Part shown: positions 24,216 to 36,500 of the stretch, in pieces
How positions within the stretch are numbered: position 1 is the first letter of the stretch
Layout of the letters: each line of letters begins with the position of its first letter
Origin: Laetmonice hystrix
Lineage: Eukaryota
Length of the DNA stretch: 64,000 bases
Assembly: GCA_965235115.1 (NCBI GenBank)
Contig: OZ249436.1
Coordinates: 29,018,001-29,082,000 of the forward strand
Reading direction: 5' to 3'
Translations under genes and position numbers: made by a program
Notes under the pieces: model-generated
The model's database searches: none
The model's input: only the letters and a program-made list of their open reading frames with translations
What the model was told of the DNA's origin: nothing

Positions 24216-26431
24216 AAAAAGCAATGTTAAACACGATAATTTGTAGAAAGTAATGATAACATGTTAAAAATATTGCTTTCCTGCAACTAATGACCAAAAA
24301 AACCCTGCGTAAAACACTCGTCTTTTTTAATTCAGTGGTAAATAGCCAATTTTGCCGCCAATTTTGCAAGGAAATATTTTATGTATTACACAAAATGAAT
24401 TAATTAGTGGCAACATTCTATAGTTAAGGACTTCAAGTATCTAACAAATGTGTTTTAAGAATGCCGATTGTACTTTAATTAATGTCATGTGTTTTGGATT
24501 TCTAAGGGGAGTTTCTTGTTGCTTCTTTCTCCCTCATGGGCAGAAGTTTTTAAAACGCCCGCCCTACTGCCAAGAAAGTTTAATGTTAGGTCCAACGTTT
24601 CGTTTCATGTAGCCATTTTGAGTATTTAAAAGTCTGAAAAATATTTCTAAAGCTTGAAGCAGCGGAATTTCTAGGAGTAGGAAAGAATCAAGGATTGAGA
24701 GAATCCTCTAGGCTGCCGGGTGTTTGAGTGTCCAATGGTGGCTAGCAGTACATTGGTACCAGAGACTGAGATTCAAGAGTCTGCATCCTTGGGGTTTTGT
24801 TTGTTCAACTTGACATGAATATTCCGCTACAGATATCATATATGGCGTTGAACTTTTTTTACCTAACAGAACATAAAGTGAAGATCTCCCCTGCCTGTGT
24901 CAGAGTATGTGAGGAAATCTTTGTACCGGTACGTGGATGGCCATGTATACCTAGCGTGCTACCAGGACTGGGTCACAATCAGTGTACCACTACTCAGTAG
25001 AAAAACGTGTGTTCAAGGCACAAAAATTGTCATGAAATCATGTAGCAGCATGTACCACGTTTTATCAAAGTGTGGAACCAGTAGGCCTACTGGAAGTACA
25101 ATTTTCTACCATCCTGCAGTGCCGAAAGTTCCACAGCTTCCATATATACATGTATAATTTAGCAGAACATTCTCGTAATCGGCATGCCCAAGTGGACTGA
25201 GGAACTCAAGAAAAATGAGAAAATTGATTCTGATTTATTTACTTGGTGGCCCACTTTCTGGAAATGACCGGATTGCTATTTTTATACCTCATCAGCACAC
25301 ATGTTGTCATTGTTAGACGTGACAATAAATTATGAGCAGCTCGCTGTTAACCACTGCAGCGTTTTAGCGTGTTCTAATTAACGCCTCCCAATATTACATT
25401 GTTGACATGTGTTAAGGACATATCTTAGCAGAATTATGTTATTGGAAGTCTCCTGGGTAATTCAGAAAAATTCACTATTGCATTGATTGAAAAATAGATT
25501 CAGAATGTTCTAAATATTTTATATTTTATATAAGAAAGGAGATGGTATGGTTTGAGCATAAAGTGTTTTCATGTAGGCTGTGTACACGTGAATCTGGGAT
25601 TGAGCTAAGCTTCGTTCAGTAATGAGAGGATATGCGATTTTAAGGGTCATTAGCACTGTCAGTAAAACGCTAGTCGTACTTTCCGTTGCTAGTACCCTTA
25701 GGTACATAATCCTAGGGATAAGTGGACAGATAGAGGCGGGAGAGAGGTGAGAGAGGTTTTATATAAAAACCAACTATTAATAGGCCAGACAAAAAGAGCC
25801 TGGGGAAGTTAGACTAAGTTTTCTTTACCTGCTTGCATGAGTGAACTTCATCTCCAACTGAATATTGCTGCCTACCCCAGACGTACATAATCTGGCCCTG
25901 ATGATCAGCTGAGCTAAATGATGCATTGTGATTTCTGAACCAGAGGAGGATGTTAATTTGTTTCCCTTTATCAGATTTGCATTCACCAAGTGCATTCCTG
26001 GCCTCCAGTACCTATTAGATGCCGTGATGCTATCTTCCCCGTACTGAATCAACTTCATTATCTGTGTGTGTGATCCAATCTGGGACTGATTATTGATACG
26101 TGGTCAATAATTTGTACCAGTAACTCTGCTGTCGTAGTGAAGAGCTGTAATCAGTAGGGCCCAGAGGTTGTCTGCCCTTTTGTAGCTCATGAATTGTTTA
26201 GGTGGCTGTGGCACTGTAGCGCTTACAATGCAGTCTTGTATGCTGAACAGGGCTAGGTTTGAAGTACAACAAATGTACTGTGCATTGTATAAGAACTGGT
26301 AGGGGCTCTTGATTTGTGGCAAAGTGCTGGAACTTGGAAGAGGTGTAGGGAAAAGAGTGGTAGTTTTTATTGTATCGCCGGAGAACGTTTTCGTAAAATG
26401 ATGAGATTCAGTTGATGGTAAAGGTAGTCAC

Positions 26432-26886
26432 TGGGGCTGAAACAATACACTTGTGTCATGATATGCTACGTATTCGATACAAGACAAGCGATACGATACG
26501 TATCACGATATTTCTCAATGAAACTAAAGGTGTACTATGCTGAAAATAATTAGGAATAAAACGCATAGATCTGTTTAAATTTCATTAACATTTTAATAGC
26601 TGAGAGGGGGCAAGCAGTGCCTTATAGCCTTACATAGCCTTCAGATTTTCCTTCACGAATATAAGTTTGTCAACATTTTCTGCACTTGAGGCAGAACGCT
26701 GGGCAGTAACAATGTCCACAGCAGTTCAGCACACTCTTTCAGAAGGCACACTAGTTGCAGGTATTCCCAAATATATCATGGCGTATCGTTTTTTATATCA
26801 ATACTTTGACATTCATATATCGATGTATCGTATTGGACACAAAATATCGCGATGCACTGATATATCAATGAATCGTTTCAGCCCTA
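26432..26886. mobile_element. Non-autonomous hAT-like element
   Basis: TGGGGCTGAAACAAT / ATCGTTTCAGCCCTA TIRs, CGATA subterminal repeats, 8-bp GTAGTCAC at 26424-26431 and 26893-26900. Confidence 0.75.
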
Positions 26887-27275
26887 GTACTAGTAGTCAC
26901 CATGCCAACTTGAAGGAGTTAGGCAGGAATGGACATCTCTAATAGTCTACTTGAACACAGACTCAGCTCTGAAGTTTCTTAATTTCTTTCTGTTTGATGG
27001 GTAGCAGGTTATCTTTGGGATGCGGCATAAGTTGGTTCCCGGTAGCAAGAACGGCAAAAGTATTTGCTATTTTCTGTTTGAACACTGCCAGTAAACCTGG
27101 TTTCTTTTGGTAGCCAATCAAGGTCATATGAATGGAAAACACCCACTTCCATCAGCTGTGAACATTATGATGTTACATGTATTTGTAATCTTACCAGTAC
27201 CGTAATCTGGAAACAAATTTAAACCCCCTGACCCTTTATCTGTTGCCTGTTTTTAGATATGATGGAGTAGCCACA

Positions 27276-27571
27276 ATGGAAGAGAAGCGGATCGTTGACT
27301 ACTTTGTGGTGGCGGGCCTGCCGGAGAACCCAACTCCCCTAGATGAGTTCTCCAACGAGGCAAGCCTCAAGCCGACCCACAAACAGGATCCGATCGTCGA
27401 CATCGCCGTCATCATCACCAGTATGGGCGAGACGCCGCCCGCCAAACACAAATGTGTGGAGTTGACGCCGACCGGCCTGCCCGCCGACCTCAACCACGGC
27501 AGTATCCGGGCTCCCGAGGTGCACCTGTGTTACCGGAGGGGCCGCGACAAACCCCCGCTCACAGACATCGG
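27276..27571 (+). CDS. DENND4: DENND4 coding exon 1 (MABP start); exon begins at 27257
   Basis: [15 protein letters not shown]...[12 protein letters not shown]; acceptor ttttag, donor gtgagt. Confidence 0.93.
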
Positions 27572-30500
27572 GTGAGTCGTTGTCGCCGAACACCTGGCAT
27601 CTGGAGGAAAACTCAAATCAAAGTGTCCAGATGCTTGTAGAACAAGAAACAGCCCTCTTTTTTTTTTCATCTCGGTTATAACGTGATTGATATCTTCTAG
27701 AAATATTTAGTACTCTGATAATTTCGTGTGCAAAATGTTGATAATTTTTTATTTGTTTGCCATTCAGTTTTGGTCAAACATTCTTGGTGGCCAGTAAACA
27801 ACTAGACACGTTGTGGCGATACCACAATTGATCCCATCCCCGGGGAGTCACGTGATATATGACTTCCTATTCCTGTTCAATAGTAACCATGGCTCAATCT
27901 TTCGCCGTTTACGAGTTGGAGGCTTAGGAAAATAATGTTAATATCATTATAATCTCATACGTCATGATCCTGCTTTCATGCAGGCTCAGATCCAGTACCG
28001 CAAGAAAGGAGGGGCACCAAAGGTGCAAGGCGAACATGGGCGCGGGGGGGGGGGGGGGGGGGGGGGGGGCTTGAATTTAGAAAGTCAAAGAACGTTACTT
28101 CTGGAGCTAGATGTGAAGTTTCTCAAAGTATTTCAGGCGCATGTAGGGGTCCGGGGGTTGGACCCCCTCTCCTGCTCCCCCAGAGCATAGATTCATTTTT
28201 CCTTAGATTCAGCGGGACACCATCGAACGAACAGGTGCAAAGCATTCTGCCTATTTTAAACTGGTTGAGTGATGAATAGGCCTACACAAAATATAGTGCA
28301 CTAAATGGGTCCATAAAAGGCTTCTAATTTAAAAAAAACAACATTTCGGCGACCACCCTGCTGAAAATCCTAGATACGTGGCTGTATTTAGACCTAGCCT
28401 AACAATAATGTCAATTCTTTAAAAAGAAAGAGTGCAGATACGCCCCTGACATGTCGAAAGGGATCATAGAGATCTACTGCATGGTATATCTACCTATTTT
28501 GATATATTAATCATTGTGGAAGGATACATTAAAATCGTAATTATATCTAGAGACTCTGATTGCCAAGCAATACAGGCAGGTCCCATTTCCCGAATGGTTT
28601 TCTATCATTACCTATATTTTTCTCTCATTTAATTATTGTCCCAACAATAGCGTCATTTCCATTCACATGGAAGTTACTAAGTATTCTTTTGACATTATGA
28701 AATATTATAGTCCTGATGGATTATATGGATTATACCCGTTACGGGCATCATGAAAAATATCACAGACTCAAGAACAATAGGTGCGAATGCCATCCACACC
28801 AGGCTGTTGGCTCACGCTGAAACCAAGTGCAGCTGGCCAAAAGTTTGCCGTGTCTCTTGAACTCCACAGCCAACAATCAGTAGTAGCCTAGTGTTTTATT
28901 CAGCTCTCCTATGTAAGATTGAAAAACAAATGCATTAGACAGTTATATCTACAGTTCAAAGGCACAGCTAATTCAGTTATGTCAGTTCTGAATACACAAT
29001 CATCCTCCACCAAACCGACCCTGACTGGGAGGGAGGGGGCGGAGTCACAACCCGCCTGCCGACCCGGCCGCCTGGCCGGCCCTTATCACCAGCGCTTACG
29101 TAACCCTCTGCCGACCCTGGCTCTGGCCTCCCAGCAGGTGATTTGTGTATTCAGAGATGCCACCTGTCAGAGTGTAAAAATATTATAGTGAAGACTATAC
29201 CCATTAAAACTTACAATTCTGGCCATATTACCTTTCCAAAACAAGAACTAAACAGTCAGTGGTATACCTGAATCTATACACTTTGTAATTGTTGTATTTG
29301 TATATGGCTATCTTAAACAGGTTTAAGGTAGAGCCTGTCAACGTCGGATTACATTATTTCATCATAAATAAAAAAGATATTGGTAAATTTATGAAAAGAA
29401 ATATGCAAAGTGACCAATCGTCAATAGCAGCACATATCTAGTGACCAAATACACGATTCCTATATGACTAAATCAGTTTTAGAAAAAAATGTCAAAAGTG
29501 ACAAACTTTAAAGTCACGTGGTTCGGCGAAAATAGGTCAAATCGCTAATCCTTGGAATCGTATTGTGAACCTTTCGTTAGAGAGTGTTTTTGCCGAATAT
29601 TGTCGAATTTTACCAAAAAATAGAGAAGGAGAAGCAATTTAACCGATTTGTGACCAATGACCCAGTTCACCCTAAGGTCAAAGGTCAAAGGTCAAATCAA
29701 GACTCAAATTGAGGCAGCACCTTTGGCCGATTATGAGGGCATGACGGGTTTTTAAAAAAAATTCCCAATATGAGCTTAAAAATGGCTTCAATTTTCATAA
29801 TACGTTTGACGTCATCACGTCATGACGTGACGTTACATGACGTCAGGATTCGATGCCTGACCATACTTTGTCATTGTCAAGATGTGTGCCAAATTTCATT
29901 TTGATATTTTGAAAATTGACTGAGATAGACATACAAGTTTACTACTACTACTACTACAACTACGACGCCAAAAACTAGACACGTTGTGGCGATACCACAA
30001 TTGATCCCATCCCCGGGGAGTCACGTGATATATGACTTCCTATTCCTGTTCAATAGTAACCATGGCTCAATCTTTCACCGTTTACGAGTTGGAGGCTTAG
30101 GAAAATAATGTTAATATCATTATAATCTCATACGTCATGATCCTGCTTTCATGCAGGCTCAGATCCAGTACCGCGAACATGGGCGCGGGGGGGGGGGGGG
30201 GACTTGAATTTAGAAAGTCAAAGAACGTTACTTCTGGAGCTAGATGTGAAGTTTCTCAAAGTATTTCAGGCGCATGTAGGGGTCCGGGGGTTGGACCCCC
30301 TCTCCTGCTCCCCCAGAGCATAGATTCATTTTTCCTTAGATTCAGCGGGACACCATCGAACGAACAGGTGCAAAGCATTCTGCCTATTTTAAACTGGTTG
30401 AGTGATGAATAGGCCTACACAAAATATAGTGCACTAAATGGGTCCATAAAAGGCTTCTAATTTAAAAAAAAAACATTTCGGCGACCACCCTGCTGAAAAT

Positions 30501-33500
30501 CCTAGATACGTGGCTGTATTTAGACCTAGCCTAAAAATAATGTCAATTCTTTAAAAAGAAAGAGTGCAGATACGCCCCTGACATGTCGAAAGGGATCATA
30601 GAGATCTACTGCATGGTATATCTACCTATTTTGATATATTAATCATTGTGGAAAGATACATTAAAATCGTAATTATATCTAGAGACTCTGATTGCCAAGC
30701 AATACAGGTAGGTCCCATTTCCCGAATGGTTTTCTATCATTACCTATATTTTTCTCTCATTTAATTATTGTCCCAACAATAGCGTCATTTCCATTCACAT
30801 GGAAGTTACTAAGTATTCTTTTGACATTATGAAATATTATAGTCCTGATGGATTATATGGATTATACCCGTTACGGGCATCATGACAAATATCACAGACT
30901 CAAGAACAATAGGTGCGAATGCCATCCACACCAGGCTGTTGGCTCACGCTGAAACCAAGTGCAGCTGGCCAAAAGTTTGCCGTGTCTCTTGAACTCCACA
31001 GCCAACAATCAGTAGTAGCCTAGTGTTTTATTCAGCTCTCCTATGTAAGATTTAAAAACAAATGCATTAGACAGTTATATCTACAGTTCAAAGGCACAGC
31101 TAATTCAGTTATGTCAGTTCTGAATACACAATCATCCTCCACCAAACCGACCCTGACTGGGAGGGAGGGGGCGGAGTCACAACCCGCCTGCCGACCCGGC
31201 CGCCTGGCCGGCCCTTATCACCAGCGCTTACGTAACCCTCTGCCGACCCTGGCTCTGGCCTCCCAGCAGGTGATTTGTGTATTCAGAGATGCCACCTGTC
31301 AGAGTGTAAAAATATTATAGTGAAGACTATACCCATTAAAACTTACAATTCTGGCCATATTACCTTTCCAAAACAAGAACTAAACAGTCAGTGGTATACC
31401 TGAATCTATACACTTTGTAATTGTTGTATTTGTATATGGCTATCTTAAACAGGTTTAAGGTAGAGCCTGTCAACGTCAGATTACATTATTTCATCATAAA
31501 TAAAAAAAATATTGGTAAATTTATGAAAAGAAATATGCAAAGTGACCAATCGTCAATAGCAGCACATATCTAGTGACCAAATACACGATTCCTATATGAC
31601 TAAAGCAGTTTTAGAAAAAAATGTCAAAAGTGACAAACTTCAAAGTCACGTGGTTCGGCGAAAATAGGTCAAATCGCTAATCCTTGGAATCGTATTGTGA
31701 ACCTTTCGTTAGAGAGTGTTTTTGCCGAATATTGTCGAATTTTACCAAATAATAGAGAAGGAGAAGCAATTTAACCGATTTGTGACCAATGACCCAGTTC
31801 ACCCTAAGGTCAAAGGTCAAAGGTCAAATCAAGACTTAAATTGAGGCAGCACCTTTGGCCGATTATGAGGGCATGACGGGTTTTTAAAAAAAATTCCCAA
31901 TATGAGCTTAAAAATGGCTTCAATTTTCATAATACGTTTGACGTCATCACGTCATGACGTGACGTTACATGACGTCAGGATTCGATGCCTGACCATACTT
32001 TGTCATTGTCAAGATGTGTGCCAAATTTCATTTTGATATTTTGAAAATTGACTGAGATAGACATACAAGTTTACTACTACTACTACTACTACTACTACAA
32101 CTACGACGCCAAAAACTAGACACGTTGTGGCGATACCACAATTGATCCCATCCCCGGGGAGTCACGTGATATATGACTTCCTATTCCTGTTCAATAGTAA
32201 CCATGGCTCAATCTTTCACCGTTTACGAGTTGGAGGCTTAGGAAAATAATGTTAATATCATTATAATCTCATACGTCATGATCCTGCTTTCATGCAGGCT
32301 CAGATCCAGTACCGCGAACATGGGCGCGGGGGGGGGGACTTGAATTTAGAAAGTCAAAGAACGTTACTTCTGGAGCTAGATGTGAAGTTTCTCAAAGTAT
32401 TTCAGGCGCATGTAGGGGTCCGGGGGTTGGACCCCCTCTCCTGCTCCCCCAGAGCATAGATTCATTTTTCCTTAGATTCAGCGGGACACCATCGAACGAA
32501 CAGGTGCAAAGCATTCTGCCTATTTTAAACTGGTTGAGTGATGAATAGGCCTACACAAAATATAGTGCACTAAATGGGTCCATAAAAGGCTTCTAATTTA
32601 AAAAAAACCATTTCGGCGACCACCCTGCTGAAAATCCTAGATACGTGGCTGTATTTAGACCTAGCCTAAAAATAATGTCAATTCTTTAAAAAGAAAGAGT
32701 GCAGATACGCCCCTGACATGTCGAAAGGGATCATAGAGATCTACTGCATGGTATATCTACCTATTTTGATATATTAATCATTGTGGAAAGATACATTAAA
32801 ATCGTAATTATATCTAGAGACTCTGATTGCCAAGCAATACAGGTAGGTCCCATTTCCCGAATGGTTTTCTATCATTACCTATATTTTTCTCTCATTTAAT
32901 TATTGTCCCAACAATAGCGTCATTTCCATTCACATGGAAGTTACTAAGTATTCTTTTGACATTATGAAATATTATAGTCCTGATGGATTATATGGATTAT
33001 ACCCGTTACGGGCATCATGACAAATATCACAGACTCAAGAACAATAGGTGCGAATGCCATCCACACCAGGCTGTTGGCTCACGCTGAAACCAAGTGCAGC
33101 TGGCCAAAAGTTTGCCGTGTCTCTTGAACTCCACAGCCAACAATCAGTAGTAGCCTAGTGTTTTATTCAGCTCTCCTATGTAAGATTTAAAAACAAATGC
33201 ATTAGACAGTTATATCTACAGTTCAAAGGCACAGCTAATTCAGTTATGTCAGTTCTGAATACACAATCATCCTCCACCAAACCGACCCTGACTGGGAGGG
33301 AGGGGGCGGAGTCACAACCCGCCTGCCGACCCGGCCGCCTGGCCGGCCCTTATCACCAGCGCTTACGTAACCCTCTGCCGACCCTGGCTCTGGCCTCCCA
33401 GCAGGTGATTTGTGTATTCAGAGATGCCACCTGTCAGAGTGTAAAAATATTATAGTGAAGACTATACCCATTAAAACTTACAATTCTGGCCATATTACCT

Positions 33501-36500
33501 TTCCAAAACAAGAACTAAACAGTCAGTGGTATACCTGAATCTATACACTTTGTAATTGTTGTATTTGTATATGGCTATCTTAAACAGGTTTAAGGTAGAG
33601 CCTGTCAACGTCAGATTACATTATTTCATCATAAATAAAAAAGATATTGGTAAATTTATGAAAAGAAATATGCAAAGTGACCAATCGTCAATAGCAGCAC
33701 ATATCTAGTGACCAAATACACGATTCCTATATGACTAAAGCAGTTTTAGAAAAAAATGTCAAAAGTGACAAACTTCAAAGTCAAGTGGTTCGGCGAAAAT
33801 AGGTCAAATCGCTAATCCTTGGAATCGTATTGTGAACCTTTCGTTAGAGAGTGTTTTTGCCGAATATTGTCGAATTTTACCAAATAATAGAGAAGGAGAA
33901 GCAATTTAACCGATTTGTGACCAATGACCCAGTTCACCCTAAGGTCAAAGGTCAAAGGTCAATTCAAGACTCAAATTGAGGCAGCACCTTTGGCCGATTA
34001 TGAGGGCATGGCGGGTTTTTTAAAAAAATTCCCAATATGAGCTTAAAAATGGCTTCAATTTTCATAATACGTTTGACGTCATCACGTCATGACGTGACGT
34101 TACATGACGTCAGGATTCGATGCCTGACCATACTTTGTCATTGTCAAGATGTGTGCCAAATTTCATTTTGATATTTTGAAAATTGACTGAGATAGACATA
34201 CAAGTTTACTACTACTACTACTACTACAACTACGACGCCAAAAATAATACAGAAGACGAAACCACACAATTTCTAAATCCCATCCCCTGACGGGGGATGG
34301 GATAATAATACAGAAGACGAAACCACACAATTTCTAAATCCCATCCCCTCCGTAGGGGATGGGATAATAAAATAAAATATAATTTAGCAACAATAGATTG
34401 ATCAGTTGGACTGAATGTCTCCTTAGGGGATACTTTCTGTGAGACTATGACTTATTGCTAACCTGGTTTTCTGGATGCTATTTTACAGGGTGCTGTATGA
34501 GGGTAAAGAGCGTGTGATGCAGGGTTGTGAAGTGGTACACACGTCCCCGTACGGTAGGCCAGCCAATGTAAACAACAGCAACAGCAGCCGGACTTACATC
34601 ACCTACAGGCGCGCCGATGAGGCTGCTGCCAGCGATACGCTAGCTGTCACAGACGTCTGCATCATCCTCGCAAATAAGGTAAGGAAATTAATATGGATTA
34701 ATCAAAAAGAGATCCACTTGGCCCGATGCATCAATAAATGCAAAATAATCCCCAGTAATCTAGTCGTCCGTCTGATTATTTAACTTTTTTCCTTTACAAT
34801 GGATAAATTTGAAAAGCAGTTAAGCTTTAGGAATGTGCGTTGCAGCGTGTTATCTTTGGCAACTGGAAAAATTATTTGGTAAGGGACGGTCGTGCAAAAT
34901 GAATTTATCCCATTGTTAGTGTCTATCTAGATTTAAATTTCGGTGTCATTTTACACCTCAAAATGTTTAACATTTGGGGCTTGGTGATCAGTAAACACTC
35001 ATTAGAGGCTTATTAGCTCATTAATCTTTATCAGCCTAGAGGTCATACCACCTTTTTAGTATTTCATTCATTGTCAGAGCAGGAATGTAGCAACAAGATT
35101 AACAGTCATTACATATACCATTTTTGTTAACCCGTTCATATACTACAAAGGTTGCAATTTGTAATGTTGTTGTCTCAGTTTTAGTGAAATATCACTGAAT
35201 CATAATACGTTATAGGATACACTTAAAATGACAAAATTGTATTGGTATAGGTTAGAGAAACGATTTGGTTGTTAAGTTTCTAGTAATTTTCATCAGACCA
35301 AGTGAGGGATATTATATAGGTGAGAGTAGTAGCCTGAGGAAGGGCAACTGATGTTATAATGGACAAAAATAGGTCACAGTTTGACATGGTGGTTGTTATG
35401 TATCAGGAGCAGGTGTGCCCGCACTGCTCAAGTTTTTTTGTTGTTGTTTTGTTCACAATATAGGTCAAGTGTCTAGGGGTCCATAATGTTGGCGGTTTGC
35501 ATGGGGTTCAGGTTTCCCGCCCTTTTTGATACCAGATAACCATCTCATGGCCCGTGGTCATGCTGCCGCATTTGCCAAGGCCTAATAAACGCAGCATGCT
35601 TGGTGAATTACTGGTAGGGGTGGATTGTCTGTGTCGAGGGTAAGTGCCCCACACCCAGGGAGGTGTTGGGATGCTCCATCAATAGAAAAGGAGTTGGTGG
35701 TGGTGTTGGGGGGGGGGGGCAGTTAGTTTATCATCGTTCAACCAAATAACAATGCCACTACCAGCAGACCGACATTTGTTGGAGGGGGAGGGGGCGTTCT
35801 TGCAGGTGAGTCAGAGCACCCACCATCCCTATATAGAGTCGGTTGTCTAGTCTTGATTTTCTCATGTATATCATTATCAGTACAAGAGATAAGATGAAAA
35901 ACTTTAGATCGTATGTATATCACTGGAAGAGCCAAACATTGGTAGGGTTCCACCCCACAGCGAAAGGGTAATGTTATAACTGATATATGATTGAATTGGT
36001 TAAAGAGGCTGTGACCTGGTTCAGAGTGCCAGTCCATTATAATAGTTGGGGTAGTCGTCATCTTGTGACCGGTGGACTTGTATTTCAGGATGCTGACCCA
36101 GAAACTCTTGCATGTGACTGAAAAACCTTTGAAGATTTGCTAGGTGGAATGTGACACTCCTCAAATTAGATTCTCTATTTTGATAAAGGAGATTATATAT
36201 TTTGAGAAGTAAGTCAAGTATAAAAAAATCTAAGTTGTCTTAATGTATGGAACGTGGGAGACATTTTCAAAATTGAAGTATGTATCGTAAATCTATTATT
36301 CAACCCCCAAAAATAGACAGATCTGAGTGCAAATTAAGGTCTGCTTGAGAAGCTGACTTCTCGTAATTTCGAACCACACAGGAAGATTTCACTTCTCATA
36401 AATTCCCCAGGACGTGGAGAGTAATGGGTTTTGTGTCGATCTGTCGGAAACTATAGACCATCATGAGCACGTAGCAAGTCAACCGCTAATAAAAGCGTTT

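Noticed and set aside
28919..33455. Three identical ~69-aa ORFs (MSVLNTQSS...)
   Set aside because: Identity follows from the Helentron triplication; no coding signature
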